64,000 nt of DNA from an uncultured virus (IMG/VR IMGVR_UViG_3300050134_000033) (Duplodnaviria > Heunggongvirae > Uroviricota > Caudoviricetes). Made by a program: the position numbers and the translations under genes. Under the pieces are notes generated by a model that had not been told where the DNA came from, made no database searches, and saw only the letters and a list, made by a program, of their open reading frames with translations. The DNA lies in the IMG/VR virus record IMGVR_UViG_3300050134_000033, one strand, 5' to 3'. Positions 29,021 to 37,988 of this stretch are shown here, in pieces. The number at the start of each line of letters is the position of its first letter. The stretch's first letter is position 1.

Positions 29021-29026
29021 GATGCC

Positions 29027-29362
29027 CTAGCGGGTCTCCCTAACTAAGACCCCTGTAGACTCTAAAAGTTCAAGCAGTTGAGCGACAGATACCTGCCGCC
29101 AGCCGAGAACTGGCAATTCGTTGCCGTCCCGCATGTCCATAACAGAGACCCATGGGTTGGCACGGACCTCCAGTACGAACTTCGGTAGATCATTATCCCA
29201 CAGGTTGTCGTTGTCGTCTATGGTCATCCAGCCGAGAACGGGGTCTTCGATGGCGATCTGCCACTCGCCGCACGGTACGCCGTCTACGAGCGCGTGCCGC
29301 ACATCAATGTGGTTGATAATCAAACCGTTTATGCGAATCTGATGGCGATTGGTGGATTCCAT
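29027..29362 (-). CDS. hypothetical protein
   Basis: Probable start MESTNRH. Confidence 0.55.
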   Translation of the reverse strand: MESTNRHQIRINGLIINHIDVRHALVDGVPCGEWQIAIEDPVLGWMTIDDNDNLWDNDLPKFVLEVRANPWVSVMDMRDGNELPVLGWRQVSVAQLLELLESTGVLVRETR

Positions 29363-29689
29363 AGTGTTGCCCCTCTCTAAAGTGCTTGTTAGTTGTAAAA
29401 ACGGACCAGCAGGTAGAAGATCGAACCCACCGAAACGTAGGACCACATGCGCCACATACGTTGTAATCGTGGCACCGACTCAAGTGATTTTGCCGTACCC
29501 CAACATGCGCTCATTGTCCCCTCCGTTCGTTGATGAACCGCGTAGCCAGAATCCATGCGGTGTTCGCGTCCATTTTGAACCTGCGGATCATATTGTTCGC
29601 CAGAAACTCTGCTTTTGCCCCCGGGGTGTTTATCAGCCAGTAGCTAAGCATCTGGCGGTGATCGGCGGCCATAATCGTGGGTTGATCCA

Positions 29690-30001
29690 TTAGAACGCCC
29701 TCCGCGTGTGCGAGGCGTCCGAACGCTTTTCATACAGGTTGGTCGCGTTGCAGGTGTGGACGGTGCCGACCGCGTAGTAGTCCTTGCCAGCGTCGTCGCC
29801 GAGCGGCTCCAGAACCACCACCTTGACCGTCGAAGGCCAGCCAGCGGTGTTCTTCTCGGTGGACTTCGAGTGCACTCGCACCATGCAGCCGTCTTTGTCG
29901 TAGAAGCTGGACAGGAAGTAGGTGTTACCGACCACGATCTGAGCGGTACGGGCTTTGCTGCGTGCCGCCATCGCTTTGACGTTCAGTCTCAGTCTGCTCA
30001 T
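29690..30001 (-). CDS. hypothetical protein, leaderless
   Basis: ATG 6 nt after a class I promoter. Confidence 0.65.
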   Translation of the reverse strand: MSRLRLNVKAMAARSKARTAQIVVGNTYFLSSFYDKDGCMVRVHSKSTEKNTAGWPSTVKVVVLEPLGDDAGKDYYAVGTVHTCNATNLYEKRSDASHTRRAF

Positions 30002-30007
30002 GGGTCT

Positions 30008-30039
30008 ATTATACCCAAAAAGTGAGTGGAATCGCTAGG
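30008..30039 (-). promoter_or_regulatory. class I promoter CCTAGCGATT-N16-TATAAT
   Basis: One of six copies with identical spacing. Confidence 0.8.
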
Positions 30040-30612
30040 ATTTTATAGCTATATTTGTCTTGTTTTCAGTCACTTACGAGTTCTTCGGGTTGCATTTCAG
30101 CCAGTTTCTTGCGGTCGATCTCGTCCATCCGCTGGTCAGCCATGCTGCATTCCGACATCTGGCGAAGGTAGTCGTCCGGTCTCATGCGGCGAAGCCTAGC
30201 TTCGACGATGACATCCTCGGGGTACTCGATAGCAGGTCTCTTCTTTGGCATAGTCTCCTCAGTGAATTGATGATAGTCCGCAGGTAGCGAACGAACCTAA
30301 TAGGCACAGCAGGCCGATCAGCTTTGCGTATCTCATCGCCCTGTTCGCTGGCGTGTCGATCAGCATTGCCATGCCAAGAATGAATAGAAAAACTGACAGG
30401 ATGAACATAGGGCTCCTATAGTAGCTTCGCTTCCGCCAGCAACCACGCCTGATACGCTTGGGTCGCCGACGCGATAGTCTTTCCGTTCAGGGAGACGACA
30501 TAGCCAGCCCGCCGACCGTTCCAATAGACGGCGGTGCAGATGATGCTCGGATGAACCTGCCGCACCCGATCACGCGGGCTATCATCCAGCCGCATAGTGC
30601 GGTCGTCAAAAC

Positions 30613-30987
30613 TCATTCCGAGACCCTGATCTTGTTTGCGGACCTGTGGCACCGGGCGATGAACTCCTCGGTGTAGAGATAAACGTCTTTCGTGTAGCCG
30701 ATGAAAGCCGTCCCCTCAAAGCCGATGGTGCCCGCCTTCTGGAGGACGATGAAGCCCTTGTCGATCAGCTTGTTGAAACCGAACTCACGTAACCTGCCGC
30801 TCTTCGAGTAGAACGCCTCGATGTCGGCGTAGGTGAACGGCTTCCAACCCTCACCCCGCTGTTGGGCGAAGCGGACAAGCCAGTCAGCGGAAATTTCGGT
30901 CTCATAGTGACCGAACGCATCCCAAAGGTGATCGGTGATCTTGATGTCTTCGGGTGTGATTGTCAGAACTCCGTCAGCTATTGGCAT
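30613..30987 (-). CDS. hypothetical protein
   Basis: 124 aa, SD GGAGG. Confidence 0.65.
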   Translation of the reverse strand: MPIADGVLTITPEDIKITDHLWDAFGHYETEISADWLVRFAQQRGEGWKPFTYADIEAFYSKSGRLREFGFNKLIDKGFIVLQKAGTIGFEGTAFIGYTKDVYLYTEEFIARCHRSANKIRVSE

Positions 30988-30988
30988 A

Positions 30989-31393
30989 CTATCCTCCCCA
31001 ATTCCCGTTGGTGCGCTCGTATTCCGCCAGCTTGCGTTCGTGCTCGGCGAACAGAGGCTCGTCGCGCTTCTCGTCGGCGCGAATGACTTGCAGCATGTGG
31101 ATCAAATCGTCCGCCACTTTCTGTTTGTCGATGTCGCCGCGTTCATACGCCGCGACCGTTAACGCGAGTTGCTTACGCACAAAGCTGTAGCGGTGCTTCA
31201 CGTTCAGGGCGTCCGCGATATGCTGGTACAGATCGAAGCGGTCGTGCCCTGAATGATCTTTAATCATCGGAGGCCATGGAGCCTTGCCCATGATGCAGAC
31301 TGCGTTATAGTAGGCGTAGAAGCGCAGCGGCTTATCTTCCTTCGGCTCCTCGGGCTTCACTGGCTTGCTCTTGCCCTTCCCAAATCCAAACAT
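30989..31393 (-). CDS. hypothetical protein
   Basis: 134 aa, SD AGGAG. Confidence 0.65.
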   Translation of the reverse strand: MFGFGKGKSKPVKPEEPKEDKPLRFYAYYNAVCIMGKAPWPPMIKDHSGHDRFDLYQHIADALNVKHRYSFVRKQLALTVAAYERGDIDKQKVADDLIHMLQVIRADEKRDEPLFAEHERKLAEYERTNGNWGG

Positions 31394-31755
31394 GGCTTAT
31401 GCTCCTATGTATGCGATGCCCTCATTCTGCATCGTTTCCTTCATCTGCCCCATCAAAACTTCCATGCGCTCCTGATACGCGCTCAGGCCCCGTCTGAATG
31501 TTGAGGAGCAGTCCCTCGACATCCACCACATAGACCTGATCCCGCAACTGAAAGCTGGTCAGGACTGGGACTTGGAGCGGGGTCTCAGCGGGGCAGAAGT
31601 CGATCACTTGGCCTCATTGACGGGGATGCTAAACACAAACGCCAGTAGGAAGCCCCCGATGATGCCTGTAGCGATGAAGCCCGTGGAGAAGCCTATGACG
31701 AAGCCCCCGACGATGCTTGCCACTGTCAACAGTGAGAAAAGTTTGCTCATATTAC

Positions 31756-31787
31756 ATTATACCCAAACGCTCCGTGGAATCGATAGG
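31756..31787 (-). promoter_or_regulatory. class I promoter CCTATCGATT-N16-TATAAT
   Basis: 5 nt before ATG 31750 of a small hydrophobic ORF. Confidence 0.8.
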
Positions 31788-32011
31788 AATGCTGCGATTT
31801 CTTTGGTAACGTTACTCTGGGACTTCAACCACAGCCCCATCCAGCCCCATAGCTTTGTTCTCTGCGGCGATTACTTCTTCCATAGACGGCGTGTCAGCGA
31901 CTACGGACTCAATCACCAGATTAACTTTGCCGTTCAGCACCAGCACCCGTGTGCCGGGGTTAGCGAGTGCGTGCTCGGCGGCTTCAATTAGCATTCGTTC
32001 ACTTCGTGCTT

Positions 32012-32287
32012 TCATTGCTTCTCTCCTATTGTGGTCGGCACACGACCGAAATGGTCATTGATGCGGTCAGCAAGTTCAACCAGATTGACTGCATACTCTG
32101 GATGTGCCGTTCCATCAAGTGCGTAATCGTCTGCGCCCAGAAGCTCACCTACTTGTTCGGGTGTGATCCCCTCGCCGATACGCATGTTGTCCAAGCCGCA
32201 CATGCAGTGGTTCTCTCCGTGGACGGTACATGACACTGACCATGTGACCCGGTGATTGCCGTACTGAACTGGAATAGGTTCTCTCAC
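32012..32287 (-). CDS. hypothetical protein
   Basis: 91 aa, SD AGGAG, GTG start. Confidence 0.55.
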   Translation of the reverse strand: MREPIPVQYGNHRVTWSVSCTVHGENHCMCGLDNMRIGEGITPEQVGELLGADDYALDGTAHPEYAVNLVELADRINDHFGRVPTTIGEKQ

Positions 32288-32389
32288 TGTTTCTCCTCTG
32301 GGGCTTCAAACGACTGACTCGATCCCTCTTTGTCTAATACTGCCAAATTTGGTTGATCTTCTCCCGCAATCCCGCGCCTTCCATGGGCC

Positions 32390-33463
32390 TCAAGAACAAT
32401 CATACCTTTGGTCAAAGGAAGGGTCTTCATCCCTTGTAATACTGGGAATTCGACCGATTCCTATCGCCGCGACGTACTTATCTTGGGCAGCGATTTTGCT
32501 GTCATTCCTGCCCTGTGTGTAGAGATCGAGCGTGGTTTGGATTTTGGAGTGACGGAGCATGGTGGAGACAGTTTTCACATCCACGTTTTGGTTAACAAGC
32601 CAATGTGAAAGTGAAGACCTGAGATTGTGGAGACCAAAGCGATAGCCATCGGGAATCACCACACCCGCCGCGATTGCAGCCTTGCGTAGATAATTCCTGA
32701 CGAACACGCTCGTGCAGACTGGCACCTTCCCCATCATCGTGAGTGACGGAAAAACAAAATCGGTGCCAGCGGTGTACGGGCTGGCTTCTCTCCATGATCG
32801 AAGGGCCTGAGCCAAAGCACTGCCGAGGGCAACAGTTGAATTGCTTGCCTCAGTCTTTGGCTTGCCATCCGCACCTAATCTCCAACGCTTATTCACCCGA
32901 ATGCGATTCTCATCCCAGAGAATGTCCGCCCATCGCAACGCCACAACTTCGGATGCCCGAAGAGCGGTAGCTGCGACGGTGAACACCAACGCAAAGTACA
33001 GAGGATCGGTGAAGGATCGCAGGATGCTGAGCGTCTGCTCTGGCGTGACCATCAGAGGCTTGTAGTCAGAGCCGACATTCTTTAGACGCCAACCAGAGCA
33101 CGGATTGGTCGAGCAACTTTCCTCGAATATCCCGTACTCAAACACAGCGTGCATAATCCCTTTGATTTTCTGGATTGTTGGCCCAGAGTAATCGAGACCC
33201 ATCAACCAGTCCCTCACGTCCTTCCGCCTGATGTCGTCAATGGGCGTCATGCCCCACTTCGGAACCATCACCTTCTTGACGTAATGAACAACCGCATGGT
33301 CTCGATCTGGCGTCAGATACCTGAGGGCAAGCACACCGAACGTCACGATTTCAACGGCGTCCTTGTTTGCCTCAACCCGCAAAACCATCTCATCGACCTT
33401 CTTCCATGCGGCGGATTCAGTCGGCAATGCGCTGACCAACCCGATGCACTTGGTATTCTCCAC
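32390..33463 (-). CDS. tyrosine recombinase/integrase, apparently N-terminally truncated or fused
   Basis: Catalytic set TALRASE (R), KPKT (K), HNLR, LRHS, LYT (Y). Confidence 0.9.
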   Translation of the reverse strand: MENTKCIGLVSALPTESAAWKKVDEMVLRVEANKDAVEIVTFGVLALRYLTPDRDHAVVHYVKKVMVPKWGMTPIDDIRRKDVRDWLMGLDYSGPTIQKIKGIMHAVFEYGIFEESCSTNPCSGWRLKNVGSDYKPLMVTPEQTLSILRSFTDPLYFALVFTVAATALRASEVVALRWADILWDENRIRVNKRWRLGADGKPKTEASNSTVALGSALAQALRSWREASPYTAGTDFVFPSLTMMGKVPVCTSVFVRNYLRKAAIAAGVVIPDGYRFGLHNLRSSLSHWLVNQNVDVKTVSTMLRHSKIQTTLDLYTQGRNDSKIAAQDKYVAAIGIGRIPSITRDEDPSFDQRYDCS

Positions 33464-33489
33464 TCGTTTGCCGTTCTTGGTGATCTGAA

Positions 33490-33612
33490 AGCGGGGAGAC
33501 GGAAGGAGAGGCTGTTATCGGAACCGATAAAATTCTTCGCACCAGTCATGACGATGAACTTACGACCGCCAAGCTGTTCGAGGATTGTTTTGGCTACCGT
33601 CTGATCGCTCAT
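33490..33612 (-). pseudogene. 5' fragment of a small phage gene interrupted by the integrase sequence
   Basis: MSDQTVAKTILEQLGGRKFIVMTGAKNF...LSFRLP, then continues out of frame over the integrase. Confidence 0.55.
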
Positions 33613-33618
33613 GTGCCT

Positions 33619-33650
33619 ATTATACCCAAAAACAGGCGAGAATCGATAGG
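33619..33650 (-). promoter_or_regulatory. class I promoter CCTATCGATT-N16-TATAAT
   Basis: 6 nt before ATG 33612. Confidence 0.8.
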
Positions 33651-33937
33651 AAATTCAGACTATATTTGGCTTGTTTTCAAGGGGTTACAGCAGGTCTTCG
33701 GTCTCAGGCTTGAAGGTGATCTTTGTATCGCGAATCTCGCCCAGATAAAGATAATCGCCAGCCTGCCAGTTCCAACACGAATCGTTGCGGACGTGAGGCT
33801 TCTCGTTGTCCTCGTGTCCGGGCTTGCCGCAAATCGTGCCGCACGTTCCAAGCATTGAGCGAAAGAACGCCTGACCGTTGCCGAGGCGCATGACCGTGCT
33901 TACCTTGGCTTTACCGTCAGGTGTGATGGTGATCTCT

Positions 33938-34216
33938 TTACTCACCGATGGAGCCTTTCCCGTTGCAGGCTTTGCACAGGTGGTCTTCGGGGAACTCCCC
34001 GGTGCCGTCGCACTTCGTACAAACGGTGTCGGCTTCGGCCTCTTCGATCTGTTCGTCTTCCTCGTACCCCTCGTAAGGGTCGTAGTAGTACGCCTCATCG
34101 TCGTACACATCAATCTCGGGCAACTCATCGTCCAAGTCGTCCACGACTTCGGACTCTTCCACGTCCTCGAAATCATCCTGTGGATAATCTTCGAACTCAT
34201 CCAATTCGTAGCTCAC
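33938..34216 (-). CDS. acidic protein with DnaJ-type CxxCxGxG zinc finger
   Basis: D/E/Y-rich tract followed by CTKCDGTG...CKACNGKG. Confidence 0.6.
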   Translation of the reverse strand: MSYELDEFEDYPQDDFEDVEESEVVDDLDDELPEIDVYDDEAYYYDPYEGYEEDEQIEEAEADTVCTKCDGTGEFPEDHLCKACNGKGSIGE

Positions 34217-34575
34217 TACAGTTTCTCCTCCATGATATCCTGCACCATTTCCCGAAGCATCGGGTAGGCGTAGGTTTGTAAAAACTGAATCGTCTGGCGA
34301 CCAAGCCTTGTCAGAAGGACGCCCTTGCCTTCGCAGGCGGGACATTGGATGGGAATGCCCTCTTCCCTGACAACCTCGGCAATCACGCCCGCCTTTTCAC
34401 CTTCTAGGTCCATGCTATGGTCTGGGTGGACATACTTGAAGAGATGTCCTTCAACGCAGTGGTAGCCGCCATGCGAGTAGTAATGGCAAGGAACGACGAG
34501 GCTGATGTCGGTGGTGTCTAGCATAGGTATTTTTTGATTCTGATGGTCATTTGGTCGGCGAATTCCTGAGCCCAA
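34216..34575 (-). CDS. hypothetical Zn-finger protein
   Basis: CPACEGKG; start uncertain. Confidence 0.5.
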   Translation of the reverse strand: MGSGIRRPNDHQNQKIPMLDTTDISLVVPCHYYSHGGYHCVEGHLFKYVHPDHSMDLEGEKAGVIAEVVREEGIPIQCPACEGKGVLLTRLGRQTIQFLQTYAYPMLREMVQDIMEEKL

Positions 34576-34808
34576 TTGTCGCTGGGGATAGCCTCGCCGC
34601 CCGTCAGTACGCCCTCATCCGATATGTAGGCGATGCGGAGGATTTCGGGTTCAAGCTCGAATTCGGCCTTGCGGATGTTCTCGTGTAATGCATTCAGGAT
34701 GTCGAGAGCCTTGATCGCCGCTTCTACGATGTCCGAAGCGAACAGACTAAAGGTTTCGTCGATGCCGAACGCCCCCGCGTCGTCGATTTTAACTGCAAAG
34801 CTATGCAT
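34518..34808 (-). CDS. hypothetical protein
   Basis: 96 aa ORF. Confidence 0.5.
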   Translation of the reverse strand: MHSFAVKIDDAGAFGIDETFSLFASDIVEAAIKALDILNALHENIRKAEFELEPEILRIAYISDEGVLTGGEAIPSDNWAQEFADQMTIRIKKYLC

Positions 34809-35120
34809 GAGTGACCCTCAGATGAAACGGTGCTCGTCTGGGTAGAGTTCCTCGAATGTTTTGGGGTGATCCTTGGGTTTGCTGGCACGTACCGCGTAGA
34901 CGAGTGCGACAACAGGGAGGCAAGCTAACCCGAAGAGGAAAGCCGCAGCCAGAAGCGAGTCTTTGTCCATCGAAGACATTAGAAGCCCCTCTACAGGACA
35001 TTCTACCTAAGAGATTCGAATTTTGGTTAGTTTTCATTAACAAATTTTGGGTCGAATGACCATGTGATGATCTCCGCACATACGCCTACGGGGAGGAAGT
35101 CCAAAATGAAATCGTTCAGT

Positions 35121-35744
35121 TCAGGCCCGTCTACATGGTAGAAACGACTCGTACTCTCCGTCCCCAAGGACCCGGGAACATGATTCCCTTATGTCTGGCT
35201 GCATGAGGTACGCGGTGACGAATGCCAACACCGAATACTTGCAAAGATTTGCACCGCTCTCCGAGAGAATACCATGCTGGAGCCAGTCCACGTCAAATGA
35301 AATTTCGGCCATCCACGACCAATTCTGGGTGTAGCCTTTGATTGGTGTGTAACTGCTGGAAAAGAGAGCCACTCGATTATCACACCGACGCTCGACCGTA
35401 AAGTCTGGCTCCTCGGTCATAGCATTGACCGCCATGACTGACAGGTTTAGATCGGGGAAATGCTCTTGTAGCCAACAAGCCGCCGTACCCGCACGTCCTA
35501 TACCGACCAGCAGCGTGTTCGGCATCAGAAGTGGGAGCAGGTTAGACGCCCAGAGTTCTACCTGTTTCTCGTAGACCCGGTATGGCGGCAGGTACAATTC
35601 CAGAAATCTGACGTGGGGGAAAGACGATCTGACTAGCTGCTCCAGCTTGTTAGTTTCCTTGTAGCTGGTCGGGTCGAGCAGGAAGTAGACCATCCTGAAA
35701 CGGGAAGGAGGGGTGCCCGTAACGAAGATGGGGGCGGTACTCAC
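35121..35744 (-). CDS. alpha/beta-hydrolase-like protein, possibly inactive
   Basis: LLVGIGRAG occupies the nucleophile-elbow position (GxSxG) but has no Ser. Confidence 0.5.
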   Translation of the reverse strand: MSTAPIFVTGTPPSRFRMVYFLLDPTSYKETNKLEQLVRSSFPHVRFLELYLPPYRVYEKQVELWASNLLPLLMPNTLLVGIGRAGTAACWLQEHFPDLNLSVMAVNAMTEEPDFTVERRCDNRVALFSSSYTPIKGYTQNWSWMAEISFDVDWLQHGILSESGANLCKYSVLAFVTAYLMQPDIRESCSRVLGDGEYESFLPCRRA

Positions 35745-37060
35745 GCCCCACCATCGAATACGTATTCGCCAGATACTCCAGCCATGAGTACGAATGCCCG
35801 CTGGAGAGCCTGTTCATGAGTAGTCAGCTTGCCGTCCAACTGTTCCGTCTCGACAGCGTACAAAACGTCGCGGAAAGTAGGACCCGGGGTATAGCCAGCG
35901 GCGATCAGGTCATTTCCCGTCACTAACGGAGCGGGGTAAATTTCCTCAGCCGTCAAGCCCCTGTAGTCGTTAACAATCGACATCAGAGCCTCGGTGCCGA
36001 CACTGGTGACGCCGATCAGTTCGTTCTGGACAGCGATCTCCAGAGCCAACTCGATCCCCGCCACTCGCATCGTTCGCTTGAAGTGAGAAGGCTTAGAATC
36101 GTATTCCCGCGCCTTCGGAATCGCACTGACGTACAACAATGCAGTCACGATCCGCGCCTTCTCGTCGTTCGACAACTTCAAATTCTGAGCCATCGTCATC
36201 GGCGTCTTAGGGTTCGACGTATCGGCGAGAAACATCGCCATCGCCAACACGGGGTCCGTTGTGTGGAACTCCTCGAATCGGCGCAGCGTTCGACCGAGCA
36301 GAAGGTTGTCCATGAACTCGCGTGGGAACACGTGTGCCGCCAACCCAGAAGAGAACAGGGGGACGAGCCCATCAAGCGGAAATGGGGCCGTCAGCAACTT
36401 GAACATTTCCATAGCTACCCGCTCGCGACTGACATTCACTATCTTCGATGCGTTGGCGGTGATCGCCTCGAACGTGCGCGGCTCGATCTTGAAGCCAAGC
36501 TTAGCGGCAAAGCGCATCGCCCGCATCATCCGCAGGGCGTCCTCGGTGAATCGCTTGTTGGGGTCGCCGATACAGCGGATAAGCCGAGCCTTGATGTCTT
36601 CCCGTCCACCAACAAAGTCAACAATGCCGTAACCGTCGAACATGTCATGGTCTTCGGCGGTCACACCCTTGACAGGGAAATCCATCGGCGTAGTCAGGAG
36701 CAAGCCGTTCATCGTGAAGTCGCGGCGTTCCACGTCCTCGCGTGCAGTCTTGCCGTACTCAACGGTGTCGGGACGCCGACCATCGGAGTACAGACCGTCT
36801 GTGCGGTAGGTAGCAACTTCGATCTGCTCGTCCTTGCCGTCAACATCGACCACAACGATGACCACACCAAAGCTGACGCCAACTGGCAGGGTCTTGGTGA
36901 AGATCGCCTGCACTTGTTCAGGGAGAGCATTCGTGGTCACGTCGAAATCCTTCGGTTCATTGCCGAGGATCATGTCGCGCACACAGCCGCCTACGAGGAA
37001 AGCTTCAAAGCCGTTCCTCTGCAATTCTCGGATGACTGTGGTTGCGGCGAATCTGTTCAC
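35741..37060 (-). CDS. cca: CCA-adding tRNA nucleotidyltransferase (class II)
   Basis: FLVGGCVRD..KDFDV, EVATYR, RRDFTMN, EDALRMMRAMRF, SRER; GTG 37060 after an AGGAG SD. Confidence 0.92.
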   Translation of the reverse strand: MNRFAATTVIRELQRNGFEAFLVGGCVRDMILGNEPKDFDVTTNALPEQVQAIFTKTLPVGVSFGVVIVVVDVDGKDEQIEVATYRTDGLYSDGRRPDTVEYGKTAREDVERRDFTMNGLLLTTPMDFPVKGVTAEDHDMFDGYGIVDFVGGREDIKARLIRCIGDPNKRFTEDALRMMRAMRFAAKLGFKIEPRTFEAITANASKIVNVSRERVAMEMFKLLTAPFPLDGLVPLFSSGLAAHVFPREFMDNLLLGRTLRRFEEFHTTDPVLAMAMFLADTSNPKTPMTMAQNLKLSNDEKARIVTALLYVSAIPKAREYDSKPSHFKRTMRVAGIELALEIAVQNELIGVTSVGTEALMSIVNDYRGLTAEEIYPAPLVTGNDLIAAGYTPGPTFRDVLYAVETEQLDGKLTTHEQALQRAFVLMAGVSGEYVFDGGA

Positions 37061-37314
37061 TTTTGTTCTCCTATGAGATACGTTCCCGTCTTCTCGATCA
37101 CGATGACTCTCGGTGCCGTCATCTTGGGGGGTTTGATTTCTTCCTCCGCGCCCAATCCTGCCCAATCATACGGCAGCGTCTTGCCGCAGTCCAAGCAGGA
37201 GACCGTGGTCTTGCCCTTATCCTTGCCCGCCTTGATCGTCTGAGGAAACGAATAGCGGTCGTGGGTACACCGACCCACAAACGACAGTAATGAATCCACC
37301 AAAGTTCGTCTCAT
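37057..37314 (-). CDS. small Zn-ribbon protein
   Basis: CTH...CLDCG; downstream of a class I promoter. Confidence 0.6.
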   Translation of the reverse strand: MRRTLVDSLLSFVGRCTHDRYSFPQTIKAGKDKGKTTVSCLDCGKTLPYDWAGLGAEEEIKPPKMTAPRVIVIEKTGTYLIGEQK

Positions 37315-37322
37315 ATACCCCT

Positions 37323-37354
37323 ATTATACCAAGAAAACTCCCGAAAACTTTAGG
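37323..37354 (-). promoter_or_regulatory. class I promoter variant CCTAAAGTTT-N16-TATAAT
   Basis: Same spacing, degenerate upstream box. Confidence 0.7.
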
Positions 37355-37370
37355 AATAACCCCTTTGGTT

Positions 37371-37988
37371 TCAAGTATTTGAAACTAACCCCGCATCTAC
37401 TAACCGCTGAAACCAGTCGGGGAGCCAGCTTTGCAACTCCGCGAGAGTCAGATTACTCTTAACGGTATTGGCTTTAAGGGTGCAGAGCACCACATTATTT
37501 TTGGTGTAGCCTTTGTTCGATCTAATCCGATCTACCGACGTAGCTGCTTGATTTTTTCCTCGGCCCGCTAAACAAACCATATCGACATCGGTATAAAAAC
37601 ATTTACCCCCTTGTTTTGTGAACAGTCCCATCAAAAACTCAGGGGTGATACCAACCTTCGTCTTCGCCCGCTTACGAATTGCAACGCATCGTTCTCGAAA
37701 AAACCATACGGGATCGGAGTTGAGCCGATCAATCCTATACTGTTTGAGGCATTTTCGGCATCGTTTATAACCTGATCTTGCATAGAATGCTTTCGCCAGT
37801 TTCGGTTTATGGCATGTCCCGCATACAATCAGGCTTCCTTTACGTTCAACTTTGTAATTTTTAGGATTAGGCTGTAGCCCAGCACGAGACAGTATGTATT
37901 GTACTCCCCCGTAAGACACACCTGTACGACGGGCAATCTCATGAGACCAAAGACCCCCTGCGTGAAATTCTAGAACCTCACTCTCCAT
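37371..37988 (-). CDS. HNH-like endonuclease with N-terminal HTH and Zn finger
   Basis: SHEIARRTGVS; QGGKCFYT...SVDRIRSNKGYTKNNVVLC...N. Confidence 0.82.
   Translation of the reverse strand: MESEVLEFHAGGLWSHEIARRTGVSYGGVQYILSRAGLQPNPKNYKVERKGSLIVCGTCHKPKLAKAFYARSGYKRCRKCLKQYRIDRLNSDPVWFFRERCVAIRKRAKTKVGITPEFLMGLFTKQGGKCFYTDVDMVCLAGRGKNQAATSVDRIRSNKGYTKNNVVLCTLKANTVKSNLTLAELQSWLPDWFQRLVDAGLVSNT

Noticed and set aside
32390..33463. Prophage boundary or att site at the integrase
   Set aside because: Phage-type genes and the same promoter motifs continue on both sides; no att-like repeat or host gene block seen
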